64,000 nt of DNA from the human T2T-CHM13v2.0 reference genome, Homo sapiens. The stretch lies in assembly GCF_009914755.1 (NCBI RefSeq), contig NC_060930.1; one strand, written 5' to 3'. The position numbers and the translations under genes were made by a program. Shown here in pieces: positions 17,680-30,745 of this stretch (position 1 is the stretch's first letter; every line of letters starts with the position of its first letter). The notes below the pieces were generated by a model that saw only the letters and a program-made list of their open reading frames with translations, was not told the origin of the DNA and did not search any database.

Positions 17680-20113
17680 TTAGCACATACACCTAGTACA
17701 CAGTAATGCATGCTGTTTGTGTATGGCTTGCTTTAATTTATAAGACCAAAGTGTCATATATTCAGCTTGTCAGCTTATGTAATCTTACAGCAGTTTGCTA
17801 GCCCTCTAAAATATAAGGACCTTTTTCCTTCATAAAATAGGCTTATTTGGAACAGTCTAAACTACTGAGGGTCCCATAGTAGCAATTATATTCTCCTAGT
17901 ATAAGAATGAAGTTGGGTTTCCAGACACCACAGGCATACCACTGGCATATTCCTGACTTGGTTATGGCCACATGGCTTATATCTTTTCTCACATCCAAAA
18001 CCTAGAGGACTGACATCCTGTTGTCAATTTGTACATGTTCCCTGACCTAAAATAACCATGACTAGGAACCCTGGTTAAAGCAAGGTATTCTGGGACCCTC
18101 TCAGGGCAAACGGCTTCAGATGGCAGAGTAGCAGAGACAACAGGTCCTTTAAGTCAGGTTGAGTTAAAAGCACTTGGAGAGACAGGCATAGAGCCTGCTG
18201 AGAATGACCAACCTTCTGCAGGGAAGAGTTGTCAAAGACTTGGAAAAGGTCAAAAGGTACTGAGTATCCTTTCAGTGGAGGGCTGGGCTTAGTGCAGCAC
18301 TCCCTCTGGGAATTATCAGATTTTAAAGGGGTGTGTACCTTTGATTGTCCTCCTAGTGATTTGGCTATTTTACAATGCTGTTGGGGTAAATATTACCTTA
18401 TGCAAAACTGATAGTAATGCAAATATTTTTTGTCCACAGCAATACAAATGAATATGGTTTGGTAGAGATACAATTGATTTCTACCCTTTAGAATAGATGA
18501 CTCCAACATTTATACTTATAGAATTGCCTTACAAAATATTAACCAACTTTGCATCTATTAGCAAATTCATTTCACCATTCCTGATTTTGTATGTATGTAT
18601 ACCATATTTGCTCTTCGAACTCTCCTTTCAACCAGTTTTAATATCTTTCTGGTTTTTCTCATTATATAATGAATTAATTCAATATTTGGCATATGTTTAT
18701 ATTTGTAGAGAGTTGTTATTTTAGATTGTCGTAAATTATAGTTTAGAACATTGTAATGTGGCGCTTCCTGTGAAGAATGCACTTTCTCAGGAAGGGAAAT
18801 TGATGAGTTAGAAAGGAGCTTTTAGTTTTGCCCAGAATGATTTATTTTTCTAAAAAAGAAAGAGAAGTAAAACAAGTATGTCAAAATGTTTAACTGCTAT
18901 TAACTATTACATTTAGGTAGTATGTAGATGCATAAGTGTCTGTTAAACTATTTTATATACTTTCTTTATAACTAAAATGTTTCATAAATTTTTTTAACTT
19001 TTTTTCTAAAAAGAATGAGTCTGGTAGAGAGGAATGGGGAATGTAGGTCGTTCCTCCTGACTGCTTCCCTTAGCTTCAGTTTTTCCCATGCAAACAGATA
19101 CACGTTATACATCTTTATACTCCTGAAGATTTATGCCTTCTTCTGCTTCTTAGTTCTTCGATACATCCTGATTCAGTAAGAGGCATATTATAGGCAATTA
19201 ATAATAAATGCTTACAAAATTTAATTAGTAGGAATATGCTATCACATTAAGGGAAACTGCATCAGACTCCAGAGCCAGCACATCTCAGGGAAACAAGGAA
19301 AGAACTGTCCCCAGGCTGTGCTGTAAACCCAGCTCTCTGGATCATTCTAGAGAAAGGCTAGTTTTGGTCTATCGCAGTCCATCTAACCATCATGCCCAGG
19401 AAACAGCCCAAGACTTGCCTGAAGAAAGCCCAACTTACAACTTAAGGCCAAGCAACTGGCAACCACTATTGAGTTGGCTCCCTTGTTGACACTGATCGAA
19501 AAAGGTAAGTCAGTTTTCTGATTAAGATGTCACTAAAATCTGCTAGCAAGAGGGAATCAGAAGTTGTGTGACTACTATGACTCTTCCTCATAATAATAAC
19601 TGCCATCGTGGAACAAAATATTAGAACTGATCCTCTTAAACAGAATATGTAGTTCAAAATGTTTTGAAATGTTTTTCACTGCAGGTGGAACGGTAGTATA
19701 GAGAACGAAACATCTGTATTGTTTGGAAGTTGGAAGACCTCCTATTCAACCACTTGATTTAATCTGGCCGCTCTCATAGCCTTTCCAACTATAAGATATA
19801 GTTAATTACACTGCCATGCCTACTATTTTATAAGAAATAGGATCATCTCATTGAAGAGTAAGATAATCAAAGGAGGAGGAGTAGCACTGAACAACTGATT
19901 CATTGATACTATCATTCTGACCCAACTGCATAAAATCACCCCAACCTCAGAGTGATCAAATTATAAATTGGGAAATATCTAGCTACAGGCCAAAGCGGTG
20001 GCCCCTGGACAGCAGAAATAGCACTTCTGTCCTGGTTGCCCCAGCTTTAAGCTGACATTTGTCACAATGACCATATTACAAAACTTGAGCGTGACATTAA
20101 GAGGTATTTGACA

Positions 20114-20499
20114 TGGCCGGGCATGTTGGCTCATGCCAGTAATCCTAGCATTTTGGGAGGCAGGGGCAGGTGAATTGCTTGAGCCCAGCAGTTCAAGACC
20201 AGCCTGGGCAACAAGGCAAAACCCTGTCTCTACTGGAAAAAAAAAAAAAAAAAGGGTATTTGACATGTAATAGCTTTGGATGACTTTTTAAAAATAATAA
20301 ATAGGAGTAATTAGGCCAGGCACAGTGGCTCATGCCTGTAATTCCAACACTTTGGGAGGCTAAGGTGGGAAATTCCTTTGAATCCAGGAGTTAGAGACTG
20401 CAGTGAGCTATGATTGAGACACTGCATTCCAGCCTGGGAGAGAGAGTGACACCCCATCTCAAAATAAAAAAAAAAAAAAAAGACAAGAAAAAACAAAAG
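20114..20499 (+). mobile_element. Two Alu monomers (20114-20252; 20313-20499)
   Basis: Single-arm Alus with poly-A. Short TSDs ggtatttgacat and aaatagragtaa. Confidence 0.8.
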
Positions 20500-21201
20500 A
20501 AATAGAAGTAATCAACATTTTTAAAGGAGAGAGAATTCTCTGGCTTAGGCAAAGACTTGGTTTTATATGGCTTGGGGTCAATGGACAGGTAAGATGATGC
20601 TGATTGATACTGACTATGGCAGCTCTCCTCCATGTTTCTGTTTCTTAAGAGTTCACGGGTGTAGAAGAGGCTACAAGTATTGGAAAGTACTGGTATAACT
20701 GGTCTCAACCATTTTTGGAGATTGCCAGTACAAAGGAATATAACTTACTTCCTGTATGAATCATATACCAAAGGCAATTGCTTTCCTCATTGTTGATGAA
20801 CTACTGTAACAGAAAAGGTCTGCTTATAGTGGAATGTTTTCTGTTACCCTGTGCAACTTCTGTGGCATTTAAGTTATACAGATCTGCTCTACTATGATTT
20901 TATTAAATAGGAAATGCCCTTAATATTTAAAATTCTCTCTCCTGTCTCCCCTAAGAAAATTATCACAATGTAGTTTCAGTTATTTCTGTTTTCCTTTGGA
21001 AAACCAAAAACACTACAAAATAAAATTCATATGAAATGTAAGTTATCAATTATTTACATTTTTTGAACACTTAGACAAGATTTTGAAAATCAGCTTTGTC
21101 TCATATCCTTCCTGCTTTTCCACTAACCTGGCACATATTTCGATTAGTGTCTCTAGTCAATACCTTTAGCCAAAGAGAAAAACTAATACATTAAAACAAC
21201 T

Positions 21202-21495
<294 letters not shown>

Positions 21496-24271
21496 TCAGA
21501 GTCACCAATGGATTTTTAATTTATCATTTTGCCTTGATTTCCTTTATTTCCCTTTTATGCCACTAATAAAATTTTCAAGTTTAATTTTACTCCCTGAAAA
21601 TGAGGGTATCTTTCTCATATCTAGCCAGTTTCCCCACCTACCTATATCCAAATTACAGGAAGATGAGGCTGTCTTCAAGATATATTTTTCCCAAAGCTGT
21701 GGGTTCCCAGTTTCTTCTGATAACCACATAGCTGTGGGTTCCTGCAACACTGCCCACCTCCACCACATTTCCCACTCTCATCTTGCCCCAGGTGGAGCGG
21801 GGCAAATGCTGGCATGTTCTACAGCCACAGTGAGGCTTCCATGGGTGACAGAAAGGGGAGCGTGTGATAAAAGGCCCTCGAATGGCCTCCTGGGAGGGGC
21901 CATCATTGCACAGCACACTGTCAGCCCTGGAGTCAGTAGCCAATAATGCATTTTCCTATGGTTCTCTACTTTCCTGGCTTGGAGTGGTGTTTGAAGGGAC
22001 CACTTGGAGGAAGTACTTGGAAAGCAGGCACGGTTGGTACCTCATGCTGGAGAGACTTGCACATTTCCCGGACTTTGTGCTTGTCCATCTCCCACTGCTC
22101 CACAAAGAAAGTGTGAACCAATTTTATCCTGCAAACCAGAAACAGGAACTGAATGGGCCTCTAACCAGACCTCTGAAACAGGAAGTAGGGCACAGTTCTT
22201 ATAGCCACCAGAGGGGAACTGCCCTATAAACAGAGAACTCCCAAAAGGCTGGCTCCAGCCAAGGCCACGGGTGAGACAAGCCTGTGTTATGCGCTTATAT
22301 AATGCACAGGCTTCACCCAGAGATGGAACCAGCTCGAACTACCAACTGATAATGTCTCAAGCAGACAACAGGTGACCAAATTAAGGAAAGAAACCAGGAT
22401 CCTGGCAGCCCAGGAAGCAGAGCCGGTCATGACAACATGCAGCTGATGATGTGGGGTAAGAAATTGGTACTCTAAAAACTAATTTTGTGCTCTGGAGTTT
22501 TCTTTTTGATTTTGCTTTTTTCCGTCCGATTTTCTAGTTAAGCTCTTTTAAAAAAATTATAGTTTTGCCTTAATTGACCCATTATCCAAGAAAGCAAGAA
22601 GCAGCAGTGCTGTCAGTTTGTGTGCGGTGGGTGGCAGCTGCTACAATGGTGTGCCAGGGAACGTGAACAGCTCAGAGAAAAACCATGTGTTGGACACCAC
22701 TGGGATTTTTTTAAAAAATCCTTCCCTAACTAGAGTTTTCCCTTATGAGTTTATCTACGTTTGCTCTTTTGATAATTTTACTAAGGTTCGTTTCTCACGT
22801 GAAGCAGTGGCTGAAAGGTGGGAAGGGGCTGCAGGGCGGTTCCAATCAGAGGCTCTCAAACACAACTCTGTTGACTGGTGTGATAAAGTTTTCACTCATC
22901 CTTGGAGAAATGGGAAAAATAAATAACAAGTCATGAGTTTTTGCACACATTTTCTGTATGTGAAGATCTGCCCTTCATTCTAAGGTTATGTCCCCCACTA
23001 ATTTTTTTTTAACATAAAACTTTCCTTTTTAAGAAATCATGGCAATAGGTGGCTGGTTGTTGATTTTCTTGTCTCTCTGTCTCTCTTTCTCTCTCTCGAT
23101 TTTCCTCACTTTCTCTACTTATAATACTCTTACTTGGAAAAATTTAAATGTTGGCAAACACATGTCAGTCCTCCAAATTTTTTTAACTGGTTCGTGGGAA
23201 CCACTATTTAGGACATACAGACTTTACTCTCTCCTTCAAAATATATGAGACAATATACTCGGAAAGTATATTGAAAGTAGAAATGCAGAAGTGGGCTGGA
23301 CAATTTTCAAGAACTTCTCCATCTGGGATAGATGGGATACAAGGTTATGTTCTGTTTTGTTTTATTGTTTTACCAAATAAGATTAGAAGTCCTAAGGAGC
23401 TTTGCTGGAAGCAAGTTGGAGCCAAAGCCTGGCAAGGTCAGATGCCTCTCCAGCAAGATGGCATATTAACACATGGGCGACTTTTGTCACAAGCTCAAGT
23501 AAAGTGGGAACATACCATGGATGAGAATAGAAAAGCTAAGTTCTTACAATTTTAACTAGCATGTGCTTCCTTCCTGTTACCTATGATTGCTACAGGGTGA
23601 AAGGCTGAGTAAGCGGTTGCAATCTGCAGTGAGCCAAGCTGAAAGGCCCGGGCGGATGTGAAGGCTGGTGGTAAGGAAATGGGAAGCAGGCAGCCAAGCT
23701 AACCCTGTGTCCACTGAAGGAGTGAGGTGGCCTTGAGCACAGCAGCATCCCTGGGTCTTACGTCGGCCAGAAGTAGAAAGGGAAGAAGCCTAAAGGAAGT
23801 GAAAGTGTTGCTGGATCTCCTGCTGGCATTGCCTCCTCCTTCACACAGCATCCCGGTTCTCCCTGCAGCCACCTGATCTTCCCTTTGTCCCCTTCCTCAC
23901 CACAGCCCCACCACCTTCACCACTCCAAGTTGATGCTTCTCCTACATCTGGCCAAGATGCTACTCAGAGGTGGATGAAAGCAAAAGTCACTGCTCTAATA
24001 CAAGAAAAGTCCCGGTTTTAGGTTTCAGAAACAGAATTTTCCCGAATGTTTAAAATGGTGAATGGTTCCATAAACTGTGTTAACCAGGCTTCTTACAGGC
24101 TAGTCCCAGAATCTGACCACCATGTGCAATACTGTTTCTAAGAAAAGTGTGCTCCAAGCAAGAACCTTCAAACATTTAACCTGAATGAATGAATATAACC
24201 TCTTCACGGTTCAGTGTTTTCATAAGCAAAACAAGAGAATAGCAGCATTGATGTCTTTTAAAAAAAATTTA

Positions 24272-24671
<400 letters not shown>

Positions 24672-24980
24672 CTACAATGCAGAGGGCAAAGAAGGGGTAT
24701 TGTCAGCTTGGCTTTGCTGTCTCTGAGTGACAGTCTCTTGTATACGTAAATAAGATGAATTTTCATAAAAGCATTGACAGAGCATTAGCTTCACCTCAGA
24801 AAGAAAATGAAAAAGCAAATGACAACTGTAGTCAAAGAAGAAATTAAAATATAGTTAAATAGTAAACAGATCAAGAAAAAATCAGTGAAAACCTTTAACT
24901 TGCAACCTATTCTTTTTAAAGACATCAGTACACAAAGATTGGGAAAGTTTATTAAAAATGTTACCAAACTTTAAGTTCTT

Positions 24981-25120
24981 CTTTTTTTTTTTTTTTTTTT
25001 TTTGAAACAGGGTCTCATTCTGTCACCCAGGCTGGACTGCAGTAGCACGATTTCAGCTCACCGCAGCCTCAGCCTCCCAGGCTCAAGGGATCCTCCCACC
25101 TCAACCTCCCGAGTAGCTGG
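24981..25120 (-). mobile_element. 5'-truncated Alu (right arm) with TSD TAAGTTCTT
   Basis: Poly-T plus right arm. TSD at about 24972 and 25124. Confidence 0.82.
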
Positions 25121-25262
25121 GAATAAGTTCTTACTCACTCCGTTAGGTTGAGCTATTCGAACATCACTGTTTCCCATGTAAACGTTGAGACCTTCATTAG
25201 GCTCTCCTTGCTTACCCTGCCATTTCACTTCAGGTGTCACCACCTTTAAGAAGCTACCCCTT

Positions 25263-25412
25263 GCCAGGTGTGGTGGCTCACACCTGTAATCCCAGCTCTT
25301 AGGGAGGCAGAGGCAGGAGGATAGCTTGAGCCCAGGAAATTGAGACCTGCCTAGGCAATATAGCGAGACCCCATTCTCCACAAAAAGGAAAAAAGCAAAC
25401 AAAAAACAAGCA
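25263..25412 (+). pseudogene. BC200 (BCYRN1)-derived retropseudogene
   Basis: Alu monomer with BC200-diagnostic motifs CCCAGCTCTTAGGGAGGC, GGATAGCTTGAG, GAGACCTGCCT, GCAATATAGCGAGACCCC and TTCTCCACAAAAAGGAAAAAA. TSD TAAGAAGCTACCC(C)TT at 25247-25262 and 25413-25427. Confidence 0.85.
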
Positions 25413-26051
25413 TAAGAAGCTACCCTTGAACCCACTGTATCCTCAATCTGATTTTTGAAGCTGATTCCTGGGAGCCCAGCATCCTGGCACAGAGGCACTG
25501 CTAAGGCAAAGGCATTGGTCTGCCCTCCCCACCAACTCTGAGCTCTTCAGGGGCAGGAATATGATATATACAAGCAGTTCATTTAATCTCTACGAGCTGA
25601 AATGATTCATTTGTCTTAATAATGCTGTCATTTTAAAGTACAGAATTTGAGAGCTGGAGGGAATCTCAGATACCAATTATTCCAACACTCCACTCTTTTC
25701 TGAGGCTTTAAATGACTTGCTCCAAGTTAGAAAAGAATCAGGACCCAAAGCCAAACCTTGAAAATGCTGTTCTAATGCTTTGTGCCTGCATCCCATGCCA
25801 CCTTGCCTTTGTAAATTCACAGGATTAAATAAGGGAATCCTAAAAAAATGTGTTCAATTCCCCCTTCACTTCTAACCCTGGTCAATTTTACAGGCAAAGA
25901 AACACCACTGGAGGCAATGAAGGGCCGTTCTCACAATTACATGGTTCACAGCAGAGCTGGGATGAAAACTCGGATCTAATATGAGGGACCATGTTCTTCC
26001 CACTATCTCATAAAAATTCAACTTTCAAGTACAGGTCATGGGTGTAGAGCA

Positions 26052-26302
26052 AAGGTCAGCATGGCACAGGGGCCAAATCCTGTGGGCCACCTGTTTTTGA
26101 GTATGGCTTGCAAGCTAAGAATGGTTTTTACATTTTAAAATGGTTATAAAACAAGAAATCATACTTTGTGAGGTATATGAAGTTCAAATTTCAGTGTCCA
26201 CGAATAACGTTTGGTTGGAACATAGTCATGATCATTTGTTTAGGTCCTGTTTATGGCTGCTCTTGAGTAATAGGGCAGAGTTGAGAAGTTGTGAAAGAGA
26301 CC
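26052..26302 (+). mobile_element. hAT-Charlie DNA transposon relic (MER58-like)
   Basis: ggccaaatcc...cctgttttt...gctaagaatggtttttacatttt motifs. Confidence 0.65.
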
Positions 26303-27195
26303 TCAAGAAATGAAACCACACACCTAACACCATCTGATCTTCAACAAAGTCAACAAAGTAAGTAATGGAGAAAGGACTCCCTATTCAATAAATGGTGCTG
26401 GCTAGCCATATGCAGAATAAAATTGGACCCCTATCTATCACCATATACAAAAATTCATTCAAGATGGATTAAGGTTTAAATGTAAGACCTCAAACCATAA
26501 GAGTCCTAGAAGAAAGCCCAGGAAATACCATTCTGCATCAGCCTTGGGAAAGAATTTATGACTAAGTCCTCAAAAGCAATTGCAACAAAAACAAAAATGA
26601 CAAATGGGACCTAATTAAACTAAAGAGCTTCTACACAACAAGAGACACTATTAAGAGAGTACAAAGACAACCCTCAGAATGGGAGAAAATATTCACAAAC
26701 TACGCATTTAAGAAAGGTCTACAAATCAACAAGCAAAACAACAAATAACCCCGTTAAAAAGTAGGCGAAAGATATGAACAGACACTTCTCAGAAGAAGGC
26801 ATACAAGCAGCCAACAAACTTATGAAAAAATGTTCATCATCACTAATCATCAGAGAAATGCAAATCAAAACCACAATGAGATAACATCTCACACCAGTCA
26901 GAATGGCTTTTGTTAAAAAGTCAAAAAATAACAGATGTTGGCGAGGCTGCAGAGAAAAGGGAACACTTACACACTGTTGGTGAGAATGTAAATTTGTCCT
27001 GCCACCGTGGAAAGTAATTTGGAGAGTTCTCAAAGAACTAAGAGCTGAACTACCGTTCGACCCAGCAATCCCATTACTAGGTATATACCCAAAGGAAAAT
27101 AAATTGTTCTACCAAAAAGACACCAAACCAGATATTGAATGTTCTCACTCATAAGTGGGAGCTAAACATTGGGTACAAGTAAACTTAAAGATGGG
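26303..27195 (+). mobile_element. L1 fragment (old L1PA/L1PB-like), ORF2 C-terminus to 3' UTR with deletions
   Basis: [14 protein letters not shown]-type ORF2 relic; atgcaaatcaaaaccacaatgagata. Confidence 0.88.
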
Positions 27196-27196
27196 A

Positions 27197-27510
27197 GGCT
27201 GGGTGCGGTGGCTCACGCCTGTAATCCCAATACTTTGGGAGGCCAAGGCAGGAGGACTGCTTGAGGCCAGGTTTGAGACCTGTCTGGGCAACATAGCAAG
27301 ACCCCGTCTCTACAAAAAAAACATAGTAAAATAAAATAAAATTAGCCCAGCGTGGTGGCTCATGCCTGTAGTCCCAGCTACTCGGGAGGCTGAGGCAGGA
27401 GGATCACTAGAGCCCAGGAGTTCGAGCTAGCAGCGAACCATGATCATGCCACTGCACTCCAGGCTGGGCAACAGAGTGAGACCTTGTCTCTAAAACAAAT
27501 AAAATAAAAT
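27197..27510 (+). mobile_element. AluJ
   Basis: Full dimer. Confidence 0.88.
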
Positions 27511-27852
27511 AGAAACAAAGGGTTTGGATAAAACTGATGCACTACCTTCATTCTGTCACATTTTCATGCTTTCATGCTGACTGAGAGGGCACTCATCCTG
27601 GGAGTTCATGCCATCCAGATGGGCAGGGGTTAAACTGAGACCTGTCTAGGTTGAAAGAAGCAGTACGAAGGGACAGAGTGGGCGCAGGAAAAAGAGGCTT
27701 CCGAGAGCATGCCCTCCCCACTATTCCATACACACCTAAATGCCTGGTAAGATCTTTGCCAGCTCACTCACATGATTCCAAGATAGGGAGCTTCCCTTGA
27801 TTCTGAGAGTAACTCAGCCCACCTAAATGGAGGAAGCAAGGGCCAAGCACAA

Positions 27853-28200
<348 letters not shown>

Positions 28201-29890
28201 TGAAGTGGAATCCTGCATTGGCCACTTACTCCCTATGAATCCTAGGGCCAGTTAGGGATCCCTGGGTTTTCTCACCTAAGAAGGTAAGTACTTCCTTCAC
28301 AGGCTTGTTTGGAGGATTCAATGAAATACACTCAAACTTCAGCTCCCTTCTAATCATTCTCTCTCCCTTTCCCAGAGACAGTATTTGGAGAATAACAGAA
28401 ACCAAGCCTTGTTAGGAAAGTTTCTTTCAAATTAGCTTAGAGTTTAACATTTTTTTTCTAGAGCCCTAGGAAAAAAACGCCCAATCAGTGCAATAAAAAT
28501 AGGCTCAAGTGTTCAGTTGGGTATTTTCCTCTCATATCTTTTAGTTCTTTGAAGTTTCTTCCAAATTATAATCCAAAAATAAGAGTGCTACAATTTTTAG
28601 AAAAGTTATGTTGATGTAACTTTTATAGCAAGCTACCCAAAGAATCAAGCTATATTATAGCCATGCTCAGTTATGAAGACCAAAACTATTTTAAAAATAC
28701 CAGAACGAGAAAGTCCTAGTTTATTTAGTCTGGCTTCCTTAACATGAAGGTCTTGTTGTTCTCAAAATATTCAGCTTTGGCTGAATTCCAAAACTGACAT
28801 AAGCCCACTTCAGGTGTTTGGAAGACACTAAAGAGAATCAGAATTGAAAACAAGATTGGAAAATAAAGCCTTTTATGTGATCACAAATGCAAGAAGTGTA
28901 TTGTTTTGAAACTACTAAACCAAGTTTTTACCCACAAATGTAAACATAAATATGTATATATTCTCAACACTGGACGTACAGGGGACTAAAGGTTAATTTC
29001 CATAATATGGTATTATTCCTAACATTTGCTAACAGCTAAGTGCTTCAGTTACTAGAACTGCCTTAACATTTTCTGAAATTTGAGATAGGTTGAAAGATAC
29101 ATTTCTTTCATGGATTATGCTAGCAATCACTTTAATGGCGAAACTAATCTTATTATTAGGATAGCATACAGGTGTTTTAGACAATGTTAAATTACAAACT
29201 TTCTAGCCCACCATGGTTTATGGGGTAATAAAAAACAGGCCCTGGTTCTTTCACCAAAATCCTTACAAAGATAACACACAAGTTCAGTGTAAGTTGTAAT
29301 GTTATTGCCTTTGGAAGCACTGTAATTACTTCAAAGTCTGGGTTGGTGAGAGGAAATTCAAGCTACTAAAACTTATCGAAGGTAAGGTGAGTTGGGAAGA
29401 TCATCACATGGCATGCAAATTAATATAGTTACACTCTGCGTGCATGGTATGTCATCGTTCCCGTACTCTCAAAACTACACAGAGAAAAGGAGAACCTCAT
29501 CTAAAACGGTCACAGGTATATGCAGAAAGAAAACAGGGACCAAACCTCACAGAAGCGAAACCGAGACACTGAAAGGAGAAAGACTGACTGGGGCAAATAT
29601 CTCACACTGCTGGAGAACAGTTCAAGTCGATCGCATGGACCCAGGGCTCCAGCGCTGGGCGGTGGGTGGATCCATAGGTCTATCGCACAAGTACACACAG
29701 ACTCTTGCACAAGCACACACGCTCTCTCCGGAGCGGCGAGCGACAGGAGCAGTCACGCAGCGGCGCTCGCTGCCCCCAAAGTGGGGCAAGAAGTAAATGC
29801 TTCCCGCCCAGAAAAATGAAATGCCCCGAAGACCGCCAGATTAAACGCGGGTCCCGACCGCGCGGGATGGGAAAGGGGTCACACACGCAC

Positions 29891-30338
29891 CTGCATTGTA
29901 AAAGCGGTCCAGCACGGTGGTTTCTCCAAAGTCGAGTTTCCCAAAATGCAGGGTTTCCAGGGTGGCGCCCACTGTCTCGCACGCCTCCCGCAAGCTCTGC
30001 AGGGCCTCGCTCTCGGCCACCACCAGTTGCCCTTGGCTCGCTTCGTTGATCACATATGCCACCGTGGTCCGTCGGCTGCCCCCGCCAACAGAGCTGCCCC
30101 GGCCTCGGGTGGCACTGCTCGAGGAGGTGGCCGCCGGACAACCGATGCCAGGGGCAGCGGCGCTCTCCACGTTCCAGAAGCTGCCCGGCGGCGGCGGTGG
30201 CAGCTGGTGCTCCTCGCCCTCGCCCACCGCCGCCGCTCCTCCCCTCCTGCAGATGCCGCCCTCGGGGATGGTGCAGAAGCCCGAGGGGGCGAAGGGTGGC
30301 ACAGAGAAAGTGATGCCCTCGTCCGCCTCCGTGCTCAT
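29891..30338 (-). CDS. MAP3K5: MAP3K5 (ASK1) first coding exon, 448 nt (149 codons + 1 nt)
   Basis: Translation MSTEADEGITFSVPPFAPSGFCTIPEGG...LHFGKLDFGETTVLDRFYNA matches the ASK1 N-terminus. ATG at 30338. Donor GCAG|GTGCGT at 29891/29890. Lies in a CpG island. Confidence 0.98.
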
Positions 30339-30430
30339 CTCTCCGGGCCGGGCAGCAACGGCGGCGGCGTCCCCCGCCCAGCCGCACCGCCTGGCCAGCC
30401 ACAGCTCGGGGCTGCTCCGCGCCCGCCGGG

Positions 30431-30445
30431 CTAAGCAGCTGCCAT
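30431..30445 (-). other. Upstream ORF (Met-Ala-Ala-Ala-stop) in MAP3K5 5' leader
   Basis: Minus strand reads gcgcgATG GCA GCT GCT TAG (G at -3, G at +4). It starts 107 nt before the main ATG and is out of frame. Translation not demonstrated. Confidence 0.6.
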
Positions 30446-30725
30446 CGCGCGCCGCGCCCTCGCCGCCGCGCCGCCGCCTCCTCTCCGGCGCCCTCTCCCC
30501 CGAGGGCACGCCGCTGCCCGGCGGCGGCTCGCTCCTCCTCGGCGCCTCCGTGGCCGCGCCGCTCGCCCTCTGCAGAGTTTAGAGTACAAGGGGTGGGGAA
30601 GCCGGGTGAGCGGGAAGGGACGGAGCTTCCTTTTCTTGGCCGGCTGACAAGTCGGCTCGCAAACCTGCGCCGCGGTGCAGCTCAAGGGCGCCGCGCTCGG
30701 GGTGCAGCCCGCCCTCGCCACCCGC

Positions 30726-30745
30726 CGCGCCGCGCCGCGCCGCGC
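30726..30745. repeat. (CGCGC)4 / (GCGCG)4 pentamer STR in MAP3K5 promoter
   Basis: Four perfect CGCGC units flanked by degenerate units. Confidence 0.9.
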
